From IMG/VR virus record IMGVR_UViG_3300045988_079011: DNA of 52,660 nt; one strand, given 5' to 3'. The translations under genes were made by a program, and so were the position numbers. Positions within the stretch are counted from its first letter, which is position 1; every line of letters begins with the position of its first letter. Shown here piece after piece: positions 1 through 8,767 of the stretch. The notes beneath the pieces were generated by a model. That model did not search any database, had not been told where the DNA came from, and was given only the letters and a program-made list of their open reading frames with translations. This stretch comes from a virus.

Positions 1-73
1 GGGTGACATCATGGGGGATGATAGGGGGTACGCTTCGTTTTCCATCACCGGTGTATGGTAATAGTAAATCCGC

Positions 74-481
74 CTACCCGACATTTGCAGTACCGGAAAT
101 GGGCGCATCCGATACATGTTTTTCCTTTTCGATTGTCATTTGCCGGATTCGTTCCTCTAAGCGTCCGATTTCTCTATCTTGTTCCCTGATGATTTCTTCT
201 TTTTCTCTAATTAAGGCAAGGAGAGAGGATAGTTCGGTTGTTTGTGTTGTTGTAGATGATGTATTATAGTAAATATCACCTTTCCCAGTAAGTAACCAGG
301 TAGGGTTTATATCATTATGTATTTCGATAATTTTCGACACCCATAAACTTGATATATCTGTTCCTTTGCTAATGCATCTTGAAATTACTCCATTCGAGCA
401 CCCAATAGCTTGTTCAAGTGCCCTTGTACTGATACCTTTTTCTTTAATTAGGATTGCAATCCTGTCGGAAATATTCGTCAT
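74..481 (-). CDS. Phage repressor-like HTH protein with C-terminal coiled coil (Mu c position)
   Basis: 135 aa. N-terminal HTH (ISTRALEQAIGCSNGVISRC) followed by the NPTWLLTGKG motif common in Bacteroidales XRE-like regulators. C-terminal heptad-rich EEIIREQDREIGRLEERIRQM. Divergent from the early operon. Confidence 0.7.
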   Translation of the reverse strand: MTNISDRIAILIKEKGISTRALEQAIGCSNGVISRCISKGTDISSLWVSKIIEIHNDINPTWLLTGKGDIYYNTSSTTTQTTELSSLLALIREKEEIIREQDREIGRLEERIRQMTIEKEKHVSDAPISGTANVG

Positions 482-512
482 AAGTCGTAAATTATCTACA
501 TAAAACTTTTTA

Positions 513-559
513 GTGTCGAAAATATTCTATATATTTGCAGCGTGTTCAAAAAGGAACAC
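513..559 (+). promoter_or_regulatory. Early promoter/operator region
   Basis: -7 box TATATTTG at 530-537 matches Bacteroides TAnnTTTG. Palindrome GTGTTC-N6-GAACAC at 542-559 sits over the expected start site. GTGTCGAAAAT at 513-523 has an inverted copy at 330-340. Confidence 0.45.
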
Positions 560-614
560 CGCGCCAAATATACGAAAAAGGCATGTGATTAGCGAATTTT
601 AAGGATTAAAGAAA

Positions 615-821
615 ATGAACGAAGAAATAAAAGAATGGCAGACACAGAGCGTGAAGCACAAGGTGGCTTACGTGTTGATGATGGACGGTATCAGCTTCAG
701 ATATACCGAAGAGACCGGGATTGTGTTTTCCGCACCTGATTTTTATGTGAAGAACCTTATCCGCCGCCTGATGAGTTGTTACGGCGTGAGTTTGAAACCG
801 ATTATAAACGAATTTAAATAA
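615..821 (+). CDS. Hypothetical early protein
   Basis: 68-aa ORF, first gene of the rightward early operon, tightly spaced to the next ORF. Confidence 0.5.
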   Translation: MNEEIKEWQTQSVKHKVAYVLMMDGISFRYTEETGIVFSAPDFYVKNLIRRLMSCYGVSLKPIINEFK

Positions 822-829
822 GTGAGATT

Positions 830-1246
830 ATGGAAAACAAGAAAATGAGTTGCTGGGATTTTGTATTCAGTTCTGTAAAGACCCATATAGATGATTTGGT
901 AAGACAGGCTGACAAGTACACCAAAGACATGAATGAGGATTTTGAACATTTCTTCTGCTGGTATGCCGAGGATATGTACAAGACGCAACGTGAACTTTCC
1001 TGTTACCGTGCCTTGAAGGTGGTTTTATCTGCCGGTAGCCATGATGATGTAAAGTTATACATGGAAAGCAAGATAAACAGTCTGACTGATAGTCTTCTTA
1101 CCGGAAGCATCCGCAAGAACAGCACCAGTGCGGCTTCAAATTTGGCGCATACGTTGGAACTGGAAGTGAACCAGAAGATACGTGAGAAATTCACTATACT
1201 TCTTGGGATTATTGAAAAAGGTGAAAAGGTTGAGGGACAACAGTAA
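830..1246 (+). CDS. Hypothetical early protein
   Basis: 138-aa ORF in the operon with normal amino-acid composition. Confidence 0.55.
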   Translation: MENKKMSCWDFVFSSVKTHIDDLVRQADKYTKDMNEDFEHFFCWYAEDMYKTQRELSCYRALKVVLSAGSHDDVKLYMESKINSLTDSLLTGSIRKNSTSAASNLAHTLELEVNQKIREKFTILLGIIEKGEKVEGQQ

Positions 1247-1304
1247 ACCCAGCGTGACAACCCGGAAGGCGTTAAGAGACGGGTGACGGTGTGGAAAGAC
1301 ACAC

Positions 1305-1353
1305 GGGAGTGCATGGTTCTTGTGCCGGGGTTCGATTCCCCGGACTCCCCCCA
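1305..1353 (+). ncRNA. tRNA-like acceptor/T-arm minihelix with encoded CCA (not a complete tRNA)
   Basis: GGGAGT (1305-1310) pairs with ACTCCC (1344-1349). CCGGGG-TTCGATT-CCCCGG (1325-1343) is a canonical T-arm with a TTCGATT loop. Then C + CCA (1350-1353). No D arm or anticodon arm can be drawn. Confidence 0.3.
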
Positions 1354-1379
1354 ATATTAATCATTAAAACAAGTGAGAT

Positions 1380-1754
1380 ATGAACAAGAGGTACATTCAC
1401 ATTACGAAAGCCGACCGCGACTTTATCGCAAAGGCACTCAACGTGACAGAGAAGACTGTTTATAACGCTATCCGGTTTGATGACCGTCGTGGCAACTCCG
1501 AACTTTCTGCAAAGATCCGTAAGTTGGCCATGGATCGTGGCGGTATTGTGATGGTTGTTATTCCGGAAATAGAAACTTTCCATGATTATGACAATGTGAT
1601 GCGTCAGTACTGTCCGAACGGTGCCTTGATAGAGCTTGACCGTAATGATGGTAGCGGTCAGGTAATATTCAAGGGAGAAACGGTGAAGACTTACGAGCAT
1701 GTGATGGTTGCCGATATTAACCAAATCCAAGCGTTTGCATCGGCATTGAGATAG
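1380..1754 (+). CDS. Small HTH DNA-binding protein (Ner/Cro position)
   Basis: 124 aa. HTH-like DFIAKALNVTEKTVYNAI. Immediately upstream of the transposase. Confidence 0.55.
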   Translation: MNKRYIHITKADRDFIAKALNVTEKTVYNAIRFDDRRGNSELSAKIRKLAMDRGGIVMVVIPEIETFHDYDNVMRQYCPNGALIELDRNDGSGQVIFKGETVKTYEHVMVADINQIQAFASALR

Positions 1755-1763
1755 GAGGCGGCT

Positions 1764-3803
1764 ATGTTGGTGTATTACGGTAACATACAGTGTATTTCTG
1801 CACGTGAGCTCATAGATGGCGGCTATATCACCGAATCCTGCTACAGGAACTGGGTGAACCGTGGCCGTATCAAGGTGGTGCGTCGTGGTGGAGGTGCTGC
1901 TGGAAATTGCGCGTTGGTCGCCCTCAATAGCCTGCCTACCGAGTGTCTGGAACGGGTGAAGGAAGACAACCCCGGTGGAACAGAGCAGGCACTTCGCCAC
2001 TGGATACTCTCAAACTATGTGCTGGATCAGGCTGCAGTAGCCTATTTTTTGGATTGGGCTTCTCATTCTTCCAGCAACAGAGCAACAGACGAACTTGCCC
2101 GGAAATATGCGGTGAATGCTTCCGTGTTGAATACTTGTATCAAGCTTTATAACAGAAGCAATGATTACCGAAAACTGATGGGTGAAAAATATAACTGGGA
2201 CATGATGGCCACCACCATCGAGACCCTACGCGAAGACTTTGGTCATGATCTTCCTGCCAGTACCCTTCGTTTCCGCAAGAAAGTGAACGAATATAAGCAA
2301 TACGGTTATGAATGTTTGATAACCGGAAAATTCGGCAACCAGAACAAACGGAAGGTAACTCACATGGACGAACGCCTGGTGATGAGTTTGAAAGTACTTC
2401 CCAACCAACCATACGGCAGTGATGTGCATGAAATGTATCTGTCGTTTGTATGCGGTGAACTGGAAGTATGGGATCTGGAAACAGGAGAGATATTCAATCC
2501 GGAAAACTTTACGGATAAGAACGGGGAACCGAAAGAACTGAGCGAAAGCACTATCCGGAACATACTGAACAACCCGGCAAGCCAGCTGCTGATAGAAAAA
2601 GCCTTGCGTGGACGTATGGAATTCTATCATGAGCAAATGCCGCACATGCACCGCCATGGTGGTAAGTTCTCCCTGTCACAAATAACGATGGATGACGTGG
2701 ATTTGCCGCGTCGGATGAAAGGCGGCGAGTATGTGCATGCCTATTATGCTTATGATGTGGTGAGCCAGTGCCGTATCGGGCTGGCCTACGGGCGGGATAA
2801 GGATGATGCCTTGGTAGTGGACTGTTTTCGTGATATGTTCCGGCTCATCGAACGCAACGGATGGGGTATTCCAGCCGGTATTGAGGTGGAGCAGCACTTG
2901 ATGAGCAAGTATAAAGAAGGATTCCTGAAGGCAGGTGAGGTATTTAAGTTTGTGCATTTCTGTGCCCCACAGAACTCACAGGAGAAATATGCTGAAGCTC
3001 TGAACGGTGCGTTCAAGACAACCATAGCACATAAGAACCATGAAGCCATTGGCCGCTGGCATAACAAAGGTGCACGGCGGGTGGACCAGAAGAAAGTGAG
3101 TGACAGCAGCAACCACACCTGGGAAGACAGAAAGTATTATACGTTTGAAGAGCTTGTGGCGGACGACCGGCGCGATTGTGAAGAATGGAACAATACGCTT
3201 CACCCCAATCAAAAGAAATATCCCGGAATGACCCGTTGGGATGTGCTCGTAGCCAAAATCAATCCGACCCTTCGACCGCTTGATAAACTGACCTTGAGCA
3301 GATATATCGGAGAAAAGGTAGATACCAGTATTCGTAGAAATTCCACAGTACGTGTGGCAAATGCGGACTGGTGGCTGAGCGGTCCGGAAGTGCTGGAGCA
3401 GCTGGAACCAAACAACCGCAAGGTGACGGCTTACTATCTGCCGGATGAAGAGGGCAAGCCTACGGATGTCTTCCTGTACCAGAACGACCGCTACCTTGAC
3501 AAGGTTCGTCCGGTAGTGACTTACAACCGGGTGATGGCAGAACAGACCGAAGAAGACCGGGTAGCCTATACAGAGCAAAACAAAGTTCTGAGTCATTTCA
3601 GCAAATACCTCAATGACCACGCCATCGGAAAGGTGGGAACCGGTACACCGGATCAGCCAACGGATGACCCGGAAGAGGAACTGGAACTTCCCCCGGTGGA
3701 ACTATCCGATGATTTGCCAGCCGAATTGTCGGCAGATCCGGAATCAGATTATGAATGGCACTCCGGAATAAGCGAGGCAATGAGGGCCATCAGTGACATG
3801 TAA
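1764..3803 (+). CDS. Mu A-like transposase (putative DDE)
   Basis: 679 aa. Lies between the Ner-position HTH and the MuB-like ATPase (Mu c-ner-A-B synteny). Acidic candidates in the MDDVDL / YAYDVV / GIEVEQH segments. The catalytic triad is not verified. Confidence 0.65.
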   Translation: MLVYYGNIQCISARELIDGGYITESCYRNWVNRGRIKVVRRGGGAAGNCALVALNSLPTECLERVKEDNPGGTEQALRHWILSNYVLDQAAVAYFLDWASHSSSNRATDELARKYAVNASVLNTCIKLYNRSNDYRKLMGEKYNWDMMATTIETLREDFGHDLPASTLRFRKKVNEYKQYGYECLITGKFGNQNKRKVTHMDERLVMSLKVLPNQPYGSDVHEMYLSFVCGELEVWDLETGEIFNPENFTDKNGEPKELSESTIRNILNNPASQLLIEKALRGRMEFYHEQMPHMHRHGGKFSLSQITMDDVDLPRRMKGGEYVHAYYAYDVVSQCRIGLAYGRDKDDALVVDCFRDMFRLIERNGWGIPAGIEVEQHLMSKYKEGFLKAGEVFKFVHFCAPQNSQEKYAEALNGAFKTTIAHKNHEAIGRWHNKGARRVDQKKVSDSSNHTWEDRKYYTFEELVADDRRDCEEWNNTLHPNQKKYPGMTRWDVLVAKINPTLRPLDKLTLSRYIGEKVDTSIRRNSTVRVANADWWLSGPEVLEQLEPNNRKVTAYYLPDEEGKPTDVFLYQNDRYLDKVRPVVTYNRVMAEQTEEDRVAYTEQNKVLSHFSKYLNDHAIGKVGTGTPDQPTDDPEEELELPPVELSDDLPAELSADPESDYEWHSGISEAMRAISDM

Positions 3804-3841
3804 GAATAGAATTAGAACAACATTAAAACAGCGTTAGAATT

Positions 3842-4720
3842 ATGATTACAGAAGCGCAAAAACAGAAGATTTTAGCAGCGATAGCCGCCAACCGTGCGAA
3901 CTATCCCAGTGATGCCAAGCATGCTGCCTCTTTAGCCATCAGTACATCTGTGTACAGTGCAATCAAGAACGGACAGACAGACAAAGCCCTGAGCGATGCC
4001 AACTGGATAAGCATTGCCCGCAAATTAGGGGTGAACCTCCGTGGTGAAATGGAATGGAAAGCAGCCAAGACCCCGACCTTTGAATATATAACTGCCCAGC
4101 TGGAGTTCTCACAGCAGTCCAGTCTGTCGGGCATCTTGTGCGACATGCCCAATATCGGCAAGACTTTCACGGCACGTTATTATGTGCAAAGCCACAAGAA
4201 TGCCGTTTATATCGACTGCTCGCAGGTAAAGACAAAATTGAAGTTGGTACGCAAGATTGCTGCAGAGTTTGGTGTGGACAGCAAGGGGAAGTATTCTGAT
4301 GTGTATGAAGACCTGGTATATTACCTCCGTTCGATGGAAACCCCGCTTATCATCCTCGATGAAGCAGGCGACCTGCAGTATGAAGCTTTCCTGGAACTGA
4401 AGGCCTTATGGAATGCCACTGAGCGCTGCTGCGCCTGGTATATGATGGGGGCAGACGGATTGAAAGAGAAAATCAACCGGTCCATAGAATGTAAGAAGGT
4501 GGGCTATACCGAAATGTTGAGCCGTTATGGTGACCGGTACAGCAAGGTGACTCCGGATGATGGAAAGGAGCGCGAACAGTTCTTGAACAACCAGGCACGT
4601 ATTGTAGCCAAGGTAAATGCTCCTGCGGGGGCTGATATAGCCCAGATTGTACGGAAGACATGCGGTGGTTTGAGAAGAGTCTATACCGAGATTGAGAAAC
4701 TTAAAATGACAGCGGAATAA
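3842..4720 (+). CDS. MuB-like AAA+ ATPase / transposition helper
   Basis: 292 aa. N-terminal HTH-like region, Walker A MPNIGKT, Walker B LIILDEAGD. Directly follows the transposase. Confidence 0.8.
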   Translation: MITEAQKQKILAAIAANRANYPSDAKHAASLAISTSVYSAIKNGQTDKALSDANWISIARKLGVNLRGEMEWKAAKTPTFEYITAQLEFSQQSSLSGILCDMPNIGKTFTARYYVQSHKNAVYIDCSQVKTKLKLVRKIAAEFGVDSKGKYSDVYEDLVYYLRSMETPLIILDEAGDLQYEAFLELKALWNATERCCAWYMMGADGLKEKINRSIECKKVGYTEMLSRYGDRYSKVTPDDGKEREQFLNNQARIVAKVNAPAGADIAQIVRKTCGGLRRVYTEIEKLKMTAE

Positions 4721-5346
4721 TGAAGCGTGCGTACAGTCCGAAGGAAATAGCCGCCAAGAAATGGGTTACTCTGCCGTGGGATGAGAAATGGAGCAAACCT
4801 TTCGGGTTCCCGGCAGAGAACGCTTCGTGGTTCATCAGCGGTGCCAGTGCCAGTGGGAAAAGCAGCTTTGTGATGCAACTTGGAAAGGAACTGTGCAACT
4901 ATGGGACGGTGCTGTACATGAGTTACGAAGAGAAAATCAACCAAAGCTTCCAACGGCGTATGGGTTATCTGAAGATGAATGAGGTGCAGGGTAAATTTCG
5001 TGTGGTGACAGAAGGCAGTCTGGAGGAAGTGATTGCCAGACTGAAAAAACCGAAAAGCCCGAAGTTTATCATCATCGATTCCTTTCAGGTGGCCGGATGG
5101 GATTATCCGCAGGCTGTGGAACTGATGGAAACCTTTCCGAAGAAATGTTTCATCTGGATCAGCCAGGAAAAGAAAAGCCAGCCGATGGGTGGCGGTGCAG
5201 TAAGATTGAAATATATCTGTGATATGAAGATTCGGGTGGTCGGTTATAAAGCTTATTGTCAAGGACGCGCCATTGGAGACCCGGGAAGCTATTATGTGGT
5301 ATGGGAAGACGGAATCATTCAAACAAGTAATAATTTACCAAAATGA
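4720..5346 (+). CDS. P-loop NTPase (RecA/KaiC-like fold suspected)
   Basis: 208 aa. Walker A GASASGKSS, Walker B FIIIDSF. Its start overlaps the upstream stop (TAATG). Confidence 0.65.
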   Translation: MKRAYSPKEIAAKKWVTLPWDEKWSKPFGFPAENASWFISGASASGKSSFVMQLGKELCNYGTVLYMSYEEKINQSFQRRMGYLKMNEVQGKFRVVTEGSLEEVIARLKKPKSPKFIIIDSFQVAGWDYPQAVELMETFPKKCFIWISQEKKSQPMGGGAVRLKYICDMKIRVVGYKAYCQGRAIGDPGSYYVVWEDGIIQTSNNLPK

Positions 5347-5591
5347 TTATGGATAATAACGAGAAGGCTTTTGAAAGCTACACCGGAACTGAAGTGTTCC
5401 AGATACTGCTGGACGGAAATTCCAGCCGGTCCGTATTGGATGACTGGCTGGAGCGAAACATCCAAAGCGACTTAAAAGTGAGAAGAGCGAAAATGCCCGG
5501 TCATGTCGTAATAGAAACGGGTGATGTCTTGTTTGCACGTAATGTGCTGATATGGAATCCAAGTTGTAAAGTAAACATTAAAAAGATTTGA
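5343..5591 (+). CDS. Hypothetical early protein
   Basis: 82-aa ORF with an ATGA overlap to the upstream gene. Confidence 0.5.
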   Translation: MIMDNNEKAFESYTGTEVFQILLDGNSSRSVLDDWLERNIQSDLKVRRAKMPGHVVIETGDVLFARNVLIWNPSCKVNIKKI

Positions 5592-5592
5592 A

Positions 5593-6066
5593 GTGATGGA
5601 AAAGAAAGAAGAAAAGAAAGTGTGCTGCATCTGCGGCAAAGAGTATGAGGGCTACGGATACAATCCGTTCCCGGTGAAAGAAGAAGGCTGCTGCTGCCAA
5701 TCGTGCAACTACAGTGTGGTCGTTCCGGAACGGTGGGAACGGCACAAGGCTTATCAGCGCGGTGAGGCGACCGGTGCCGGGAAGGTGTACATCAGCGGAG
5801 CTATCGCGCATTATGACATGGATGAGCGCAAGGAAGCCTTCAGCCGTGCCGAGGAGGAACTGAAGGCACAAGGCTATGACCCTGTAAACCCTTTCAGGAA
5901 CGGATTGCCGGATGAAGCTCATTGGAGAGCCCACATGCGGGCCGACATTGCCCTGTTGCTGGCTTGTGACTATATCTATATGCTGAAGGACTGGGAACTG
6001 AGCAAGGGAGCCAAACTGGAACTTGACGTGGCCAGTTCGTGTGGCATTAAAGTGTTGTTTGAATAA
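5593..6066 (+). CDS. Zn-ribbon + DUF4406 / nucleoside 2-deoxyribosyltransferase-like protein
   Basis: 157 aa. N-terminal CCICG...CCCQSC cysteine cluster. The C-terminal part (VYISGAI...AF..AEEELKAQGYDPVNP...CDYIYML.DWELSKGA.LE) matches my recollection of the DUF4406 pattern. Confidence 0.55.
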   Translation: MMEKKEEKKVCCICGKEYEGYGYNPFPVKEEGCCCQSCNYSVVVPERWERHKAYQRGEATGAGKVYISGAIAHYDMDERKEAFSRAEEELKAQGYDPVNPFRNGLPDEAHWRAHMRADIALLLACDYIYMLKDWELSKGAKLELDVASSCGIKVLFE

Positions 6067-6077
6067 AATTAGTCGAT

Positions 6078-6350
6078 ATGGGAAAAATAAAAATGGAAAC
6101 CGGTGTTGTGGTGATGAAGTTGACCGCTACGGTATATAGAGGAACAATTCGTGAAATCCAATCCTCACGCATAGGTTTTTGCGGGGAGTACAATAAAGAA
6201 ATACTTTCTAAAATGGGTGATGAGTTCAAAAAGATATTTGCTAAGCAAATTGAGGCTGAATACAAAGGTAAATCAGTGAAGCCGGATAAGATAATTTATC
6301 GTGTCAGTACCAAATCAACGGAATGTGAAATGATTCTTAATGGTAAATGA
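6078..6350 (+). CDS. Hypothetical early protein
   Basis: 90-aa ORF in the operon. Confidence 0.5.
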   Translation: MGKIKMETGVVVMKLTATVYRGTIREIQSSRIGFCGEYNKEILSKMGDEFKKIFAKQIEAEYKGKSVKPDKIIYRVSTKSTECEMILNGK

Positions 6351-6846
6351 CATGGCACAGGAAGTAACCAATTTCGCCCGGTTCTACACATTGTTCAACA
6401 AGCTTCCCTGTACAGGAGACCGGGAAGAATTCAAGAAAAGCATTGTGCTGCAGTACACGTGGAACCGGACGGACAGTCTGAAGGAAATGACAGCCAAGGA
6501 GTATGAAGCCTGCTGTACGGCTCTGGAGAAGCTGAGCGGACAAGACGAATGGCGACAGAAGCTGCGTGAGGAGCTGCGGCGGAAACGGAGTCTCTGTCTG
6601 AACCTGATGCAGAAGCTGGGCATAGATACATCCGACTGGGCACGAATCAATGACTTCTGCAGTAATCCCCGAATAGTCGGCAAAGCGTTCAGACAGATTA
6701 CGGTGGACGAACTGGATGAACTGGCGGTAAAGCTTCGGTCCATACAACGGAAAGGCGGCTTGAAGCCCAGGAAAGAAAAGCAAACGATTAACCCCGTGAG
6801 CATGGTATCACTCATTCAGATTGACCCTGATGCTCCGGCAAACTGA
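6340..6846 (+). CDS. Hypothetical early protein (possibly GemA/DUF1018-like)
   Basis: 168-aa ORF. Position and size resemble Mu gemA-family proteins. Sequence support is weak. Confidence 0.5.
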   Translation: MVNDMAQEVTNFARFYTLFNKLPCTGDREEFKKSIVLQYTWNRTDSLKEMTAKEYEACCTALEKLSGQDEWRQKLREELRRKRSLCLNLMQKLGIDTSDWARINDFCSNPRIVGKAFRQITVDELDELAVKLRSIQRKGGLKPRKEKQTINPVSMVSLIQIDPDAPAN

Positions 6847-6852
6847 TAGGAT

Positions 6853-7035
6853 ATGGAAAATAGAAACACAAAGATTTTAGAGAATCTGAAAAAGGAAATC
6901 AACCTGCTTGCCTCTGATATGGAGAAGCAAGATGCAGCCGAGTTTTATAGTGAATTGGCTGACTGGGCATACGCCAACGGAGAGGCTATGCTGATGGAAG
7001 ACGAACCTGAAATGCAGGATTATGAAAACCAATAA
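6853..7035 (+). CDS. Small acidic hypothetical protein
   Basis: 60-aa ORF, Glu/Asp-rich, in the operon. Confidence 0.45.
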   Translation: MENRNTKILENLKKEINLLASDMEKQDAAEFYSELADWAYANGEAMLMEDEPEMQDYENQ

Positions 7036-7053
7036 CCCCAAAAAACAAGAATC

Positions 7054-7722
7054 ATGGAAGAAATGAAACAAACGACCGTGGTAATGACGGCAGAGGAAAA
7101 GGCGGAATTTGAAGCCTTCCAGAGAGAAAAAGCAAAGAAAGCGGCAGAGGAAAAAGCCAAGAATGACCGCGAAATGTACAAACAGATGGTGGATGAGGAG
7201 ATAGCAAACTCCATTCCGGTACTGCTGGGCATCAGTGAGCAGATCAAGGCAAGCAAGCAGACTGTGATGGACAACTTCAAAACCATTCTGGAAATGAAGG
7301 CAGACCTTTTCAAGACCAAGGTGAAGGATGACCAGCGCAGCCATACCTTTACTAACAGTGAAGGCGACAAACGAATCACGCTGGGTGTGTATGTGACCGA
7401 CGGTTACCGTGACACGGTGGAAGACGGTATAGCCATTGTGAAGGAATACATCGAAGGTCTGGCCAAAGATGAAAAGACCAAGGCACTGGTGAGCATGGTG
7501 CTTCGTCTGTTGGCCCGTGATGCCAAGGGAACGCTGAAGGCTTCACGCATCGTGCAGCTTCGCAAAGTGGCCATGGAAACCGGAGATGACCGTTTCATTG
7601 AAGGTGTGCGTATCATTGAGGAAGCCTACCAGCCGGAAGTGAGCAAACAGTTTATCCGTGCTGAAATCAAAAACGAAAACGGAATGTGGAAACCTATCCC
7701 TCTGGGAATGACAGAATCATAA
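7054..7722 (+). CDS. DUF3164-like Mu-type early protein
   Basis: 222 aa. N-terminal KAEFEAFQREKAKKAAEEKAK coiled coil. The C-terminal part recalls DUF3164 proteins of Mu-like prophages (from memory only). Confidence 0.5.
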   Translation: MEEMKQTTVVMTAEEKAEFEAFQREKAKKAAEEKAKNDREMYKQMVDEEIANSIPVLLGISEQIKASKQTVMDNFKTILEMKADLFKTKVKDDQRSHTFTNSEGDKRITLGVYVTDGYRDTVEDGIAIVKEYIEGLAKDEKTKALVSMVLRLLARDAKGTLKASRIVQLRKVAMETGDDRFIEGVRIIEEAYQPEVSKQFIRAEIKNENGMWKPIPLGMTES

Positions 7723-7733
7723 ATAATAGAACT

Positions 7734-7970
7734 ATGATACAAGAAGTGGAGAAATCTCCGAAAGTAGCCCTGTGCCGTGCTTGCTACGGTACAGGTAAAG
7801 TAAAGAAAGTTGTAGAATATCCCTCTCGGATCTTTGGAAAGAAGCGAAGCGAAACCGTTGAGGAAGTCTGCAGACAGTGTGAAGGAAGTGGCCGGGTAAC
7901 GGTAAGCGCAAAAATGACGCTTGACATCCGTCCCTATAAACCTAAAGTAGAACCGTCTATGAACGATTAA
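7734..7970 (+). CDS. DnaJ-type CxxCxGxG zinc-finger protein
   Basis: Two CxxCxGxG repeats (CRACYGTGKV, CRQCEGSGRV). I prefer the ATG at 7734 to the tracked GTG at 7686, which overlaps the upstream gene by 37 nt. Confidence 0.55.
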   Translation: MIQEVEKSPKVALCRACYGTGKVKKVVEYPSRIFGKKRSETVEEVCRQCEGSGRVTVSAKMTLDIRPYKPKVEPSMND

Positions 7971-7976
7971 ACCTAT

Positions 7977-8210
7977 ATGGGAAAGCGGCACGGAGTCAGT
8001 TATCAGAAGCGTGTAGTAGAAGTAAACAGGATATATGACCATTATGCCAGTCACGGTGTACCGAACCGTGAAATATGGCGGCGGTACATATATCCTGTGT
8101 ATGCTATTAGTGAGCGTACATTCTACAATATGCTTAAAGCGTCCGCAGACCCTAAAAATGATTTGCCGGACGATACGGTACAATTGAAATTTAACTTTGA
8201 CTGGGAATGA
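7977..8210 (+). CDS. Small putative DNA-binding protein (Mor/C-like late activator candidate)
   Basis: 77 aa, basic, HTH-like ISERTFYNMLK. Last small gene before the morphogenesis genes. Confidence 0.4.
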   Translation: MGKRHGVSYQKRVVEVNRIYDHYASHGVPNREIWRRYIYPVYAISERTFYNMLKASADPKNDLPDDTVQLKFNFDWE

Positions 8211-8767
8211 ATGAAAACGTAAAAAAAGTAGTGGCCCGGATACTGAAAGACATTCAGGTGGAAATGAGTGATGAGTTTGACAAGAACTTTGAACGGCAGG
8301 CTTTTTTCAGTGAGAAATGGCAGCGACGGAAAAGCCCCATCCGGAATGAAGGTAGAGCCATACTAACAGATACCGGGGCGCTTCGGAAAAGTATCGGAAG
8401 TCGGACAACGGAAAACAGCATTACCTTCTTTACCTCTCTGCCCTATGCGGCCATTCATAATGATGGCGGTGAAATAGTGGTGACCAAGCGGATGAAGCGT
8501 TTCTTCTGGCATAAGTATTATGAGGCAACCGGAGCGTTCGGTAGAAGAAAAGACGGCAAACTTCGAAAAGACAAACGAAATGTCCGGCTTGATACAGAAG
8601 CCGATTTTTGGATGTTCATGGCTTTAAAGAAAGCAGGAAGCACCATCAGGATTCCCCGACGCCGTTTCCTCGGCACATCGCCTGAAGTGGAAAAAGCCGT
8701 CCGTGAGATTGTAGAAGAGAACCTAACAGAGTATTTTACCATTGAATATAATATCATAAGAAAATGA
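8207..8767 (+). CDS. Virion morphogenesis / head-tail adaptor protein (Mu G / HK97 gp10-like)
   Basis: 186 aa. Motif ILTDTGALRKSI....SLPYAAIHNDGG is typical of the gp10/Mu G family. ATGA overlap with the upstream gene. Confidence 0.6.
   Translation: MNENVKKVVARILKDIQVEMSDEFDKNFERQAFFSEKWQRRKSPIRNEGRAILTDTGALRKSIGSRTTENSITFFTSLPYAAIHNDGGEIVVTKRMKRFFWHKYYEATGAFGRRKDGKLRKDKRNVRLDTEADFWMFMALKKAGSTIRIPRRRFLGTSPEVEKAVREIVEENLTEYFTIEYNIIRK

Noticed and set aside
3-269. 88-aa plus-strand ORF at the contig start (mirror at 52392-52658)
   Set aside because: It overlaps the repressor gene antisense. It has a GTG start and Ser/Cys-rich composition.
1262-1353. Complete tRNA gene
   Set aside because: Only acceptor and T-arm pairing can be drawn. 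No sequence complementary to GACTCCC lies 70-95 nt upstream, and no D or anticodon arm fits. It is kept only as a tRNA-like fragment.
1272-2000. 242-aa minus-strand ORF (mirror at 50661-51389), plus several 60-214-aa minus ORFs within 2140-3620
   Set aside because: They are antisense to the Ner-position gene and transposase. They have no motifs and an odd composition.
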